NCBI RefSeq assembly: GCF_006345805.1
Contig: NC_042998.1
Coordinates: 558,001 to 622,000 of the forward strand
Direction of reading: 5' to 3'
DNA: 64,000 nucleotides
From: Octopus sinensis
Taxonomy: Eukaryota
Part shown: piece by piece, positions 12,560 through 24,900 of the stretch
Layout of the letters: each line of letters starts with the position of its first letter
How positions within the stretch are numbered: position 1 is the first letter of the stretch
The notes under the pieces: generated by a model
What the model was told of the DNA's origin: nothing
The model's input: the letters and a program-made list of their open reading frames with translations, nothing else
Databases searched by the model: none
Translations under genes and position numbers: made by a program

Positions 12560-12678
12560 GCCTTGGATTTTCCACTCCTTACAGCCAATACACAGAACTC
12601 CTTTTGTCAATTTCACTAAATAGTACAGGTTTTGTTGATGCACACCAACACTGGTCTCTTTACAGTTTGTTTGCATGT

Positions 12679-12718
<40 letters not shown>

Positions 12719-12850
12719 CTGTTGCCTACTAAGTTTCATTACTTAGGATATGGTAGAAGACACTTGCCTGGAGTGCCTGCATAGTGAGATTGAACCTGAA
12801 ACCACTTGATTGCAAACCAAACTTTCTAACCATACAACCATGCCTGTATC
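12560..12850 (-). mobile_element. SINE family A (degenerate)
   Basis: gtagaagacacttgcctggagtgcc...tgaacctgaaacc on the plus strand is the reversed head; contains a (CA)n tract. Confidence 0.65.
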
Positions 12851-13784
12851 CATTGATAAAATAAGTTCCAGTGACATATTGGAATCCACATAACAAGCCA
12901 ATGGCCTTGAGCCAATATCAAAAATCATTAACTTAGCAGTAGCAGTACATCTCAGACATCAGTTCTTTTAATTAGTATCATCATTATTATTATTATCATC
13001 ATTAATATTATTTTGTCAAAAGGTTTCAATTATCTGTTGTTTTTTTTTAACAAAGAATCTATGAAGATTCAAAGGGCAAACCAAATTGCATGTAATTCAA
13101 AGACACAATTGCCAAGATAGAACTACATGTTAACATGCAATGGAAACAATCAGTAAATGAATTTGTCCATTTGGGAAGAATATCGAATCAATATGCTTGT
13201 TGAGATATCAGATTTTCTCATGCTTCAGATTACATGTTGGAATAAAGAAAAAAGTGTCTAATATGGAAATAGAAAAAAAAATATGAAAGCATATAAAAGA
13301 AAAGTAATGTAAAATTATATATAACAAAAAACAAAAACTGAAATTGCTAAAACACTGCAACTCATTTTCTACCGTCGCCGCCGCCGCCACCACCATCATC
13401 ATCATCATTAATGTCTGTTTTTTTGCTTACATGGGCTGACAGGATTGCATGAGGTGCAGAACTATGTCGTACTCCAATATTAGCTTTGGTATGGTTTCTA
13501 TGGCTGGATACCCTTCCTAATGTCAATCACTTGATATTGTCTAATGGGTGTTTCTTTTGAGACAACAACACTCGTGAAGTCATGAAGAAACATGACAAAG
13601 TAAAGAATGGTCTTAAAATCAAAACGACAAAAGCAATCGTGGTCACTGTGATAAGGACTAACTCTTTCACCATTCGGTATGCAGTCTCTCAGACTGTTAA
13701 AAATAACAACTAAATCTCTTTCAGGTACATCTTACCATCCTAAAAATGGAAGAACACATTAGATAATTTAGTTCTATATGATAA

Positions 13785-14185
13785 AAAATGGTTAAGAAGT
13801 TTGCTTCCAAACCATGTGGTTTGGGGGTCAGTCTTACTGCACGACACCTTGAGCAAGTGTTTTCTACTAAGTACTAGGCCAATCAATGCCTTGGGAGTGG
13901 AAGGGAAACTGAAAGAAGCCTGTCATGTATATACATATATACATACATACATACATACATATACATACATATATACATATGTGTGTGTGATCACTGCTTG
14001 ACTACTGCTATTGGGGTGTTTATGCCATCATAACTTAGCAGTTTAGCAAAAGAGACCAATAAAAATAAGTACAAAGTTTAAAAAAAGTAAGTACTGGTGT
14101 TGATTCATTTGACTAAAAATTTCTTCAAGGAGGTGCCCCAGCATGGCCACAGTCCAAAGACGGAAAACAAGTAGAAGACAGAAGA
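13785..14185 (+). mobile_element. SINE family A (degenerate, full length)
   Basis: Head, internal (TACA)n and tail cagcatggccacagtc. Confidence 0.8.
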
Positions 14186-14849
14186 TAAAATATATATAAG
14201 AGTCAGCACATATCTGGAATAATGCAGCTGGATGACTTCATCAAATGCATTCTGGATGACTTCATCAAATGCATTCTCCAAAGGACTTCATCAAAAGAAG
14301 GCTTTCCAAATGAAAGCTAAGCCTTAACTCACAACAAACAGCCAACATTCTGATGCATTCTCATCTCCTTCTATCACTTGGGCTACTTGTAAAATGTCGA
14401 TGAGCCACCAATGGCAGAGTACTTATGTGGTTCATCACTCACAAAGTTAACATTCCTAAATGATTCAATAACTATTGTTTTGCTCTGAAAACACAATAAA
14501 ACCTGCTGCATATTTTTGTCTTTTACTTTATTGCATATGTATTCTTATTATTGTTTCATTTGAAATCATTATTATTAAAGAAATAAATGAAATTATTATT
14601 GTTTCATTGCGTACAAATTCTGTCAAGGTCAACTTTGCCTTTCATCCTTTCAGGGTTGATAAAATAAGTACCACTTGAACAATGAAGTTGATGCAAGCAA
14701 CATGTCTCCTCCGTGGTAACTGCTGTTTGTGAGTTAAAATTTGAAATCATTGTTTCATTGCATATATATTTTATATATTTATATATTTATATATTTCATT
14801 GCATGTATTTATGATATTTTAAAACAAATTTTTTCAGATATTCATTTAC

Positions 14850-15250
14850 AGATATACATTATTCTTTTCTACTCTAAGCACAAGGCCTGAAATTTTTGCG
14901 GGAGGGGGCCAGTCAGTTAGATTGACCTCAGTACACAACTGGTACTTAATTTATAGACCTCAAAAGGATGAAAGTCAAAGTCGACCTCGACGAAATTTGA
15001 ACTCAAAACGTAATGACAGACAAAATACCCATTTCTTTACTACCCACAAAGGGCTAAACACAGAGGAGACAAACAAGGACAGACAGATGGATTAAGTCGA
15101 TTATATTGACCCCAGTGTATAACTGGTACTTATTTAATCGACCCTGAAAGGACGAAAGGCCAAGTCGACCTCGGTGGAATTTGAACTCAGAACGTAGTGG
15201 CAGACGAAATACCGCTCAGCATTTTGCCTGGTGTGCTAACATTTCTGCCT
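14850..15250 (-). mobile_element. Two adjacent SINE family B copies with different 3' tails
   Basis: Both carry ctgagttcaaatt...gtcgactttg.ctttcatcc...taagtaccag; the tails differ (ggccttgtgc.tagagtagaaaagaat versus tttagcccc.tgtgggtagtaaagaaat). Confidence 0.85.
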
Positions 15251-15537
15251 TACAATATAAACATTATTGTAATCATTTACAATTGTTGGATAGTTATTCT
15301 CAAAAAAGACTTCCAATAGATCAATCAATGGCTCATCATCGACAACATTTTAATATCAAGTTGTCCACATTTGCATGAGTTAGACTGAGTTTTTAGAGAC
15401 AGATTTCTTATGGCCAGATGCCTTTTTGTTGCCATCCCTTGTCTCCAAGCAAGATAGCATTTCCTCCATGGAAATAAGTACCACTTGAACAGGAGGTTTG
15501 ATTTTACCTTTCATCCTTTTGGGGTTGATAAAATAAT

Positions 15538-15597
15538 TACAATAATAATAATAATAATAATAATGATAATAATAATAATGATAATGATAATAATAAT

Positions 15598-15633
<36 letters not shown>
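15538..15633. repeat. (AAT)n microsatellite
   Basis: Direct reading; it follows a SINE B fragment. Confidence 0.95.
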
Positions 15634-15634
<1 letters not shown>

Positions 15635-16244
15635 GAATTTGAAATTTATTTCTTTTGATGATTATACTGATGATAAAGAAGAAAACATATTGTAGGTTTG
15701 GAGATTAACTTTTGAAAAATAAATAAAATATTTTATATTAAATTAGAATATTCATATGTTAAATAAAATCTACTCATTGTTTTCTTTGATAAATGTCCAT
15801 TTTTCTCACTTCTTTCTTACATACATACATATTTTATATATATATGCATATGAATGTGTATATAACACTTCATTTTTGTTTTGTTTTATTTATCTTTTGA
15901 GTGTCTGAAAAGGCTGCTAATGTAAAAATAACAAGGAAATATAGAAGTCAACCAGCAAGGAATTAAGGCGAGAAAGAGAAAGAGATAGGGAGGAGAAAAG
16001 AGGGTGATGGATAAAAATAAACATATGAGAAAAAAAAACAAACAAAGCAAAGACAATATGAAATTCTCCACATTTTCAAACACAATAGATTAATTCATAA
16101 ATTGATTGAGTAAATCAGGTTAAGATGAGAGTAAGTTTATTATGCATAGGTATGTGTCTATGAATGGACATGTCTATCTGGTGTAAACAGGAGTGTGTGT
16201 CTATGTCACTATGTACTTGAGTGCAGGCGCAAACACACACATAC

Positions 16245-16475
16245 GCACAAAAACACACACACACACATACATACACACATATATATGCATACATAAGTAA
16301 ATAAATATATCTATATTATATATATATATTATATATATATATACATATATATATACATATATATATATATACATATATATACATATATATATACATATAT
16401 ATATATGTATATATATATGTATATGTATATATATATATATCATCATCATCATATATATATATCATCATTATCATC

Positions 16476-16523
<48 letters not shown>

Positions 16524-16599
16524 GTATATATACACACACATATATATACTATATATACACACATATATATATACATATATATACACACATATATATATG

Positions 16600-16631
<32 letters not shown>

Positions 16632-16765
16632 CACACACACATATATACATATATATACACACATATATATATACATATATATACACACATATATATATGT
16701 ATATGTATAATACATATATATATATATACACACACACACATATATATGTATATGTACACACACAC

Positions 16766-16802
<37 letters not shown>

Positions 16803-16925
16803 CATATATATATACACACACACATATATATGTATATGTACACACACATATATATATATGTATATATATATATATACACACATATATATATACACACACA
16901 CATATATATGTATATGTACACACAC

Positions 16926-16956
<31 letters not shown>

Positions 16957-16971
16957 CACACATATATATAT

Positions 16972-17024
<53 letters not shown>

Positions 17025-17037
17025 TATATACAGACAC

Positions 17038-17072
<35 letters not shown>

Positions 17073-17075
17073 TAT

Positions 17076-17120
<45 letters not shown>

Positions 17121-17130
17121 CACGCATATA
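16245..17130. repeat. Compound (TA)/(CA)/(TG) microsatellite with ~80-bp higher-order units
   Basis: Almost purely alternating purine-pyrimidine; the unit catatatatgtatatgtacacacaca... recurs near 16740, 16823 and 16901. Confidence 0.95.
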
Positions 17131-17599
17131 GATATATGCAGGAATATAAATGGAATAGAAAAAAAGAGGAAAAGATATAAAAAAATTACACACACATACA
17201 TGAAAAAAAACAAAAAAATAAATAAATAAGTAATGAAATACTCTCCATGGTTTCAGAGACAAAAATCAATCAATAATTACATAAAAGAATTTTACAATTA
17301 GAAAATAGCGTCTAGTTTTATGGGTTGTAAGGTAATAAGAAAAAGAAAAAGAACAATAACAATAAAATAAATAATAGTAGAAAGATCAGCAATAATAAAT
17401 AAGGCAATATCTATAGCAACAGCATCAAAATCAACAACTGCAACCAAAACAACAACAGCAACAACAATAATGTCTGGCAATGTTGCTGTCTTCATGCAGT
17501 GTCTAATAGACTGAATTAGCTCAAATAAAAAGGAACAAATTTCTGTTTATTAGTTAGTAGTAGTCTTGAAAAGAAGCTGAAGACTGTGTCTTTGGATTT

Positions 17600-18170
17600 T
17601 CTGGCAGGGTCACCGAGTGACTTGTCTTGCAAGTTACTTGGTGACCCTGCTGGTGCTGGTGCCACTTAAGAAGCCTCCAGTCCACACTGTAAAGTGGTTG
17701 ACATGTGGAAGGGCGTCCAGTTGTAAAAACCATGTCAGACTGACCTTGCTTGTGCTTTTGTTGTGTAATAAGCACTCAGTCAACTCTGCTGGGTGTTGGT
17801 GTTAGGAAGGGCATCCAGCTGTAAAAACCCTGCCAAAACAGACACAAAAGTCTGGTGCAGGCTCCTGCCTGGCCAGCTCCGGTCAAACCATTCCACCCAT
17901 GCCAGCATGGAAGGCAGCCGTTCAAGAATTTGGACCTGGAGATTTCCATTTCCAACGACTTCGAGGGCCACCTGCTAGTGGTGTTGGGCGTCAACGAAGA
18001 GCCCTCGACTACAACAGGACGACAAAAGTTTTTTTTTCTTCTTCCAAGGTCTGGGGTCTCCTGCCCCTAAGCCCTAGACCATCACCTAATCACCCTTACA
18101 TGTCTTGTTGCTTAACAACAACAACATGGAAGGCAGACGTTAAATGATGATGGTGATGATGATGATTATG
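17600..18170 (+). mobile_element. RTE LINE 3' UTR/tail (partly duplicated) hosting an insertion
   Basis: ggaagggc.tccag.tgtaaaaacc appears twice; ends gacgttaaatgatgatggtgatgatg. Confidence 0.8.
17923..18124 (+). mobile_element. 5'-truncated non-LTR retrotransposon 3' end with (AAC)n tail
   Basis: Flanked by a 17-bp TSD catggaaggcag(c/a)cgtt (17906-17922 and 18125-18141); CpG-rich; ends aacaacaacaa. Confidence 0.8.
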
Positions 18171-18312
18171 ATGAATTAATGGCTTGCATTAATCTACTGC
18201 ATTATTTTTCTTTCCTACTCTTGAAAGGAACTCATTGAGGCAGACAGATTTTCTAGGGCTGTATGGCTCTTCCTATTGCAAACCCTCAATTGTATCAGTG
18301 GCATTCATTTAG

Positions 18313-19153
18313 ACAGTGGTTCTCAGCCATTTTTTCTTCTTTTTTTTTGTTACCTATGGATCCCTTTGCGTACTACTTTATTTTGGTGGACCCCATGAGC
18401 CATACGACATTTAAAAACTAGTTTTATAGATACATCTTTCAAGATTCCTATTTGGTTTTTCATATATTCACTTACTCTTTTACTTGCTTCAGTCATTTGA
18501 CTGTGGCCATGCAAGAGCACCACCTTTAGTCGAGCAAATCAACCCCAGGACTTATTCTTTGTAAGCCTAGTACTTATTCTATCGGTCTCTTTTGCCGAAC
18601 TGCTAAGTTACAGGGACATAAATACACCAGCATCAGTTGTTAAGTGATGGTGGGGAGACAAACACAGACACACATATACACACACACATACATATATATA
18701 TATATATCCATATATATATATATATATACATATATACGACGGGCTTCTTTCAGTTTTCTGTCTACCAAATCCACTCACAAGGCTTTCGTCGGCCTGAGGC
18801 TATAGTAGAAGACACTTGCCTGAGGTGCCACGCAGTGGGACTGAACTCTGAACCATGTGGTTCATTAGCAAGCTACTTACCACACAGCCAGTCCTAAGCC
18901 TATAGATCTGTGTAGATTTGCAATAGCACTCACTGAGAGACAGGTTTCTGTGGCTAGAAACATGTTAAACAACATAAAACATTGAGGAAGAAACATTCCT
19001 GTTTCTTGCAATAAATCCATCTGAAGCAAAATCTTTTCCTGAACCTTCAAAATGCAACTCTGTGGGTCTCCAATTTACTTTTTTTGTTTGTGTGGCTTCT
19101 CAAAAACCATATATGACTCCCAGGATCCATATGGACCCTGGTTGAGAACTATG
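18313..19153. mobile_element. hAT-type MITE interrupted by SINEs
   Basis: Termini cagtggttctcagcc ... ggttgagaactatg resemble CAGTGGTTCTCAACC TIRs; no clear TSD. Confidence 0.5.
18468..18898 (-). mobile_element. SINE family A, near full length
   Basis: Reverse-complement match to 26863-27270. Confidence 0.9.
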
Positions 19154-19800
19154 GGCTCAGAACCATCATGTGATGGCAGGACAAGGGAAAACTCACACAT
19201 ACACACTCAGAGACATGATGGGCACCTTTTAGCTTCTGTCAACCAAATTTACCCAAAAGACTATAATCAGTGCAAGTCTATATTAGAAGACACTCATCCA
19301 AAATACTGCATGATGGGTATTAATACATGTATGTGTGTGTATGATGATGATGATGATGGTTTCACTGGCCAGAAAAATATTTAATAGTGTAGGATGTCAG
19401 GGAGGATGGATTAATAAAAAGATAGTAATTACTTTCAGGGTGTAATTACCAAATTGTAATTACCTTCAACATGGTATTAATATTAAAAACAAACTTCCTT
19501 TGAAAATACTTAGAACTATTCTATTATTTTATCAGAGAGTTGCCAGTGAATTCTCCATTCTTCACATTTGTATTTGTCAAATAATTCCAAGATGTTTGGT
19601 GCTATTTCATTGCTAGAAATTCTAAAATTATTGAAATCTTAGAAAAGGGTTTATAAAAATGTCCTTATGTGGGCAGTAATTGGCTTCCCATATCTATGAG
19701 CTTCCTGATTCATGATTATTAACTAACGATTATGAATTTCAGTTTAATTGTTCAATTGTTAATGAATGCAAAGTAGATGATTTCTTTCTTTCTCGTTTAG

Positions 19801-19946
19801 CTGAAACTAGCAGCTTGAAAGAATTGGTTTCTTTCCTGCAGCTGATTCTTGTGTGTGCAATGTATTGTGAAGAAAATACACACATACACCAAATTATGGA
19901 AATGGAGGAATCCGTACAACAAGCTGTTATGCAACTCCTAAAAGAG
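19801..19946 (+). CDS. Internal coding exon of a Hook-family (HOOK/CCDC88/NuMA-type N-terminal CH-like domain) gene
   Basis: Acceptor ttctttctttctcgtttag|CT, donor GAG|GTAAAC, 146 nt, phase 1 to 0; ETSSLKELVSFLQLILVCAMYCEENTHIHQIMEMEESVQQAVMQLLKE aligns with HOOK [43 protein letters not shown] (recalled). The paralog cannot be assigned. Confidence 0.88.
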
Positions 19947-20197
19947 GTAAACCCCTTTTTTTTTTCATTACTAATTCTTTTAATTGAAATGGGCAGAAAT
20001 TGTATGCCATCTTGAAAACTCAAGTGATAGGGGAGGACAAATGGTGCCCATGACCTTTAGAGGTCCTCCTAGACTAAAGAGATTAATATGGTTGATGTAT
20101 GTGACTTATTGCAGGTTCTCTGAGACCGAGGAGATTAACATGGTTGATGCATAAACCTGAATGTAAAGTGCTGAACTTCAATTGAAGTTTAAGTATC

Positions 20198-21041
20198 TTC
20201 ATCATCATCATCGTTTAACGTCCGTTCTCCATGCTAGCACGGGTTGGACGGTGCGACAGGGATCTGACTTGGTCACCTAGATAACGGAAGCTATCAACTA
20301 CTTCTAGTTTTTCCCCCTGGAAAGTGACGGAAGTTGTTTTCTGCAGATTTTTAGTGTTTATTGCTCCCGAGCATCTGCCACATACAAAAACTATCTTCCT
20401 AGTTAGCCTTCCTTTGACATTGCTGCACCTCTTATGTGTCCATATCTTACACTGGGTACATCTTATAGAGTTTCTACCTACGCCTTTTCTACAGATCAAG
20501 CAGGGCCATCTACCTGAAGGCATTTGTGGTTTGTCTACCTTCCTACTTATTAGGACATTGGTTTTAGCTAGGTTGACTCTAAGGCCCCTCGATTCTAATC
20601 CCTCCTTCCACACCTGAAACTTCTCCTCCAGTTCTGATAGTGACTCAGCAATTAGAGCAAGGTCGTCAGTATAGAGGAGCTCTCAGGGGCATCCTGTCTT
20701 GAATTCCTCCGTAATTACCTGGAGGACTATGATAAATAGGAGGGGGCTGAGGACTGAAACCTGGTGGACCCCAACCTCTACCTTGAATTCTTCAGTGTAC
20801 TCGTTGCCAACCCTTACCTTAGTTACAGCATCCCTGTACATGGCTTGCACAGCTCTCACCAGCCATTCATCTATCCCTAGTTTCCTCATTGACCACCAGA
20901 TAAGGGATCGGGGGACCCTGTCGAAGGCTTTCTCCATGTCAACGAAAGCCAGCTACAGGGGCTTATCTTTGGCTAGGTATTTCTCCTGCAGCTGTCTCAC
21001 CAGAAATATGGCATCAGTGGTGCTTTTCCCTGGCACGAAAA

Positions 21042-21043
<2 letters not shown>
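20198..21043 (-). mobile_element. RTE-clade LINE: RT fragment with an in-frame PHD-like zinc finger, 5'-truncated and internally deleted
   Basis: FVPGKSTTDAIFLVRQLQEK..L*LAFVDMEKAFDRVP..GVHQVSVLSPLLF..GCP*ELLYTDDL..WPCLIC..C..CKIWTHKRC..CGRC..FRYLGDQV, then jumps to the 3' tail and (gat)n; two in-frame stops. Confidence 0.93.
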
Positions 21044-21084
<41 letters not shown>

Positions 21085-21199
21085 TAATAGAAGGGTAAAA
21101 TTTATTAATCAAATTAATTAATTAATTTATCAATTAATTAACAATTTTACCAAGTAGATCGGTATGTTAAAATAACCTTTATAGGTAAAATTATCCACA

Positions 21200-21261
<62 letters not shown>

Positions 21262-21262
<1 letters not shown>

Positions 21263-21445
21263 ATCAATCCAAACATGAACAAACAAGAAAAAACAATAAC
21301 GCGAGGACGTAGAATAAGTACAGTGTTATTGGACGCTCAGGAAAGGAAAGAAAAGAAAGAGGATTTCATGTTTCGAGCGGAGCTCTTCATCAGAAATATA
21401 GAAAATGTCCAAAGAAGGGAAGACAGAGAAAGAAAATCGCAAACG
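21262..21445 (-). mobile_element. PLE-derived mini-element family 1 with minimal hammerhead motif
   Basis: Minus 21397-21363: ATTT-CTGATGA-A-GAGC-tcc-GCTC-GAAAC-AT-G-AAAT; flanked by (TA)n on both sides; homologous to 37085-37280. Confidence 0.75.
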
Positions 21446-22949
21446 ATATATATATATATATATGTATATATACATGTATACATGAATATTTGTAAGGTGT
21501 ATGTATGCATCAGTATGTACATATATTAAGTTATATGCGCACACAAGTACCTAAATTACTTGGCAATTAAAACCATACTGCATACACACACAAATAAACA
21601 CACACACACTGATAGCAATAAGAAATACAGAAGCAGAAACAAATATAAAATTAAATAAAAAGGAAAATAATGAATGAACCAGGTGTCAATTGAATTCACA
21701 TCATGTGTATTCTGGACAAATCCTTAAACACCACATCACATGATCAATCGCTATATTTTTCCTTTTCAGATGTGACCTTATCAAAATACATCAAGTCACC
21801 ATATTTAAAAGTAATTGGCCTCATGTCAAAATAATATATTTCTTGCACATCTCCTCATTCCTGTAATTAGTTGATTTGAACTTCCTCCGATGCCAAATAT
21901 GCCACACAGGACCCCCCAATAAAAATCTTTGCCAACTTTCAGAGCTCTACAGACGTTTATTTGTTTGTTTGTTTTTCAAAGAACTAAATTCTTGGCACAA
22001 GCCACACCCAAGTGATTAGCTGTGGTTTTATGACACATAAGGGAGCAACTATAGTTCATTTTTAATTGGTGAGATCAAAGGGCATATAATAGAAATATAA
22101 TATTTCTACACAACAATTATCTATGCTGTCCGCCAGAGCTATGTTTCATTTGCATTAAGAGTCATATTTTTGCCATTATTCTAGACTGGTGAGCACAATT
22201 GTGTATGTGTGGGGTGTGCATTTATGAGTGGGGTGTGCATTTATGTGTGTGTGTCTGTCTGTGTGTACTTATCATATTTTCCAGCATACAAGTAAAATTT
22301 TTCAGACCAAAATTTACTGCCAAAAAAGGAGAGATCAACCTATACACCACGACTTTGGAGGACCAAAAATTTTGTGAAAGGCAACAAGATTGGAAAGATA
22401 GTGATAGTGTTTGAATGTTTACACATGATTACACTCTATACTACATTGACTTGTATGCCAGAGAATATGGTAAGTGTAAGAATATGGTAAGAGATATTGA
22501 TAAACAGGTGAAAAAAAAAGTCCTCAAAACATGTAGTAGAATTTCTTCTAATATTCAAAGAGACTTGTTTCTCTTGCTACTCTAACTTTCCAATTTGTGT
22601 TTTGCCCTGTGGTGAACAATGGAAATACAAAACAGAGTAGCAACATCGAAGCTTCAAATACCACCATCATCATTATTTAATGTTTAGTTCTCAGTGCTTG
22701 CATAGGTCAGATGGAATTCGTTGAGGCAGATTTTTTACAGCCAGATGCCCTTCCTAACACCAACCCTCACCTGCTTCTAGCAAGGAAATATTTCCTCATA
22801 GTTATGCTTTTCATGGAATCTCGAAATGAACATCATTTGTGTGATGGCAATGGTTGTTTACAGCCATATCAAGACAAGGGTACACAAAAACACACATGTT
22901 CACACACATGTACATGCACACGTGTGTGTGTGTGTGTGATAGGCCTCTT

Positions 22950-23180
22950 TGAGTTTCTTATTTCTTTATTGCCCATGAGGGGCTAAACATAGAGAGGACA
23001 AACAAAGACACACAAACAGATTAAGTCGATTACATCAACCCCAGTGCATAACTGGTACTTAATTTATTGACCCTGAAATGATGAAATGCAAAGTCGACGT
23101 CGGCGGAATTTGAACGCAGATCATAATGGCAGACGAAATACTGCTAAGCATTTCGCCCGGCATGCTAACGTTTCTGCCAT
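22950..23180 (-). mobile_element. SINE family B
   Basis: Reverse-complement match to 31813-32046. Confidence 0.85.
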
Positions 23181-23989
23181 CTTGCCTCTTCTTTGAGTTT
23201 CTATCTACTGAATCCCCTGACAAGGCTTTGGTTAGCATGGTACTATAATAAAAAAATATTTGCCCAAAGTGCTGTGCAATGGGACTGAACCAAAGATCAC
23301 ATGGTTGGAAAACAATCTTCTGAACCATATAGCCATGCCTGCACCTACATATCATAAAATATTAGAACATGGCTGTCATAAAACACAATGGAGAGAGACA
23401 ACACAAAGTTATAAAAAGACAAGAGGAAAGGTAAAGTCACAATGAATGCATAAGAATGTGTATATTGTTATACAAACAATACTTATGGGAGCATAGAAAA
23501 CTCACAATAATGGACCACACCTAACTAGATGGTGAGAACCATGTAGCAAGGGTGGGTGAGAGTATCTAACTTAAATGTCCTGCAACCAGTTAATCCTGTC
23601 CTGAATGGACCTGTGAGGAATTTGGATGTCAGTGCGGGTGGCAGGGGAAATTTTGTCCATTGCTCTAATGAATTTGCCAATCTAATGCCCTGGAAACTGT
23701 AGATATACAATATTTGACCTTTCAACCCTTTTGATACCAATCCACCAGAGATTGCCTCTGGTTCTATGATAGAAATTTCATATTTAACATGATCTAAATG
23801 AAAATTTCTCTTCAAAATTTCTTCTTCATTTATGTTCTAAACACTTGCTTAATAAAGACTAAGTTTTACTGACATCATTATTTTCAAAACTAATATAAAC
23901 AAATGCAATACATTTCAATAGGAATATAATGGGTTCCTATCCTTGCTGAAGGGTTCTTATCCCTGCTGAAGAGGATTGGCCTGCAAGAG

Positions 23990-24265
23990 CCCTATGCCAG
24001 CACCACATAAAAGGCATCTGTGCTAGTGCCACAAAATAGTACCTGTGCCAGTGCCACATCTAAGCACTTATGCCGGTGCCACATAAAAAGCATACTCTGT
24101 AGAGTGGCTGGCATTAGGAAGGGCATCCAGCTACAGAAACCAAGCCAAATCGGACTGGAACCTGGTGCAGCTCTCTGGTATGTCAGGTTTGGTCAAACTG
24201 GCCAACCCATGCCAGCATGGAAAACAGATGATAAAGGATGATGATGATGATGATGATGATGATTG
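23990..24265 (+). mobile_element. RTE LINE 3' tail copy
   Basis: ggcattaggaagggcatccagct...ccatgccagcatggaaaacagatg(gat)n. Confidence 0.8.
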
Positions 24266-24496
24266 GCTAGTGAATAGTAAGTAGTTTTCATAACTGATGA
24301 GCACTTTGATAGCTTAATATTTTACTGTTTTAAATCCTAGTGTAATTGCTTTGGATCTTTTAAACTGACAGATGAGTTGATTATCCTATAATAAATAAGG
24401 ATAATTGAGCTAAAGAAACTAAATTGATGAAGCAGGTTTACCAAACACCAGATTTAAAATGATACACACATAAACACAAATACATACATAATTAAA

Positions 24497-24655
24497 TGTA
24501 GGAGTGGCTGTGTGGCAAGGAGCTTGCTTTCTAACCACATGGTTCCGGGTTCAGTCCCACTGCATGGCACCTTAAGCAAGTGTCTTCCACTATAACCTCA
24601 GGCTGACCAGAGCTTTGTGAGTGGATGTGGTAATCGGAAACTGAAAGAAGCCCAT

Positions 24656-24688
<33 letters not shown>

Positions 24689-24900
24689 TTATGCGTTTGT
24701 CCCTCCATCACTGTTTGACAGTCAGAGTTGGTATGTTTACATCCCTATAACTTAGTGGTGTGGCAAAAGAGACTAATAGAATAAGTACTAGGCTTAAAAA
24801 ATAAGTTGTGGGGTTAATTTGTTTGACCGAAAACCCTTCAAGGCAATGCTCCAGCATGGCCGTAGTCAAATGACTGAAACAAGTTAAAGAATAAATGAAT
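24497..24900 (+). mobile_element. SINE family A, full length
   Basis: gtaggagtggctgtgtgg...ggttcagtccc...gtcaaatgactgaaacaag. Confidence 0.9.

Noticed and set aside
16201-17262. Long ORFs of up to 259 aa ([12 protein letters not shown])
   Set aside because: Translations of a stop-poor dinucleotide array
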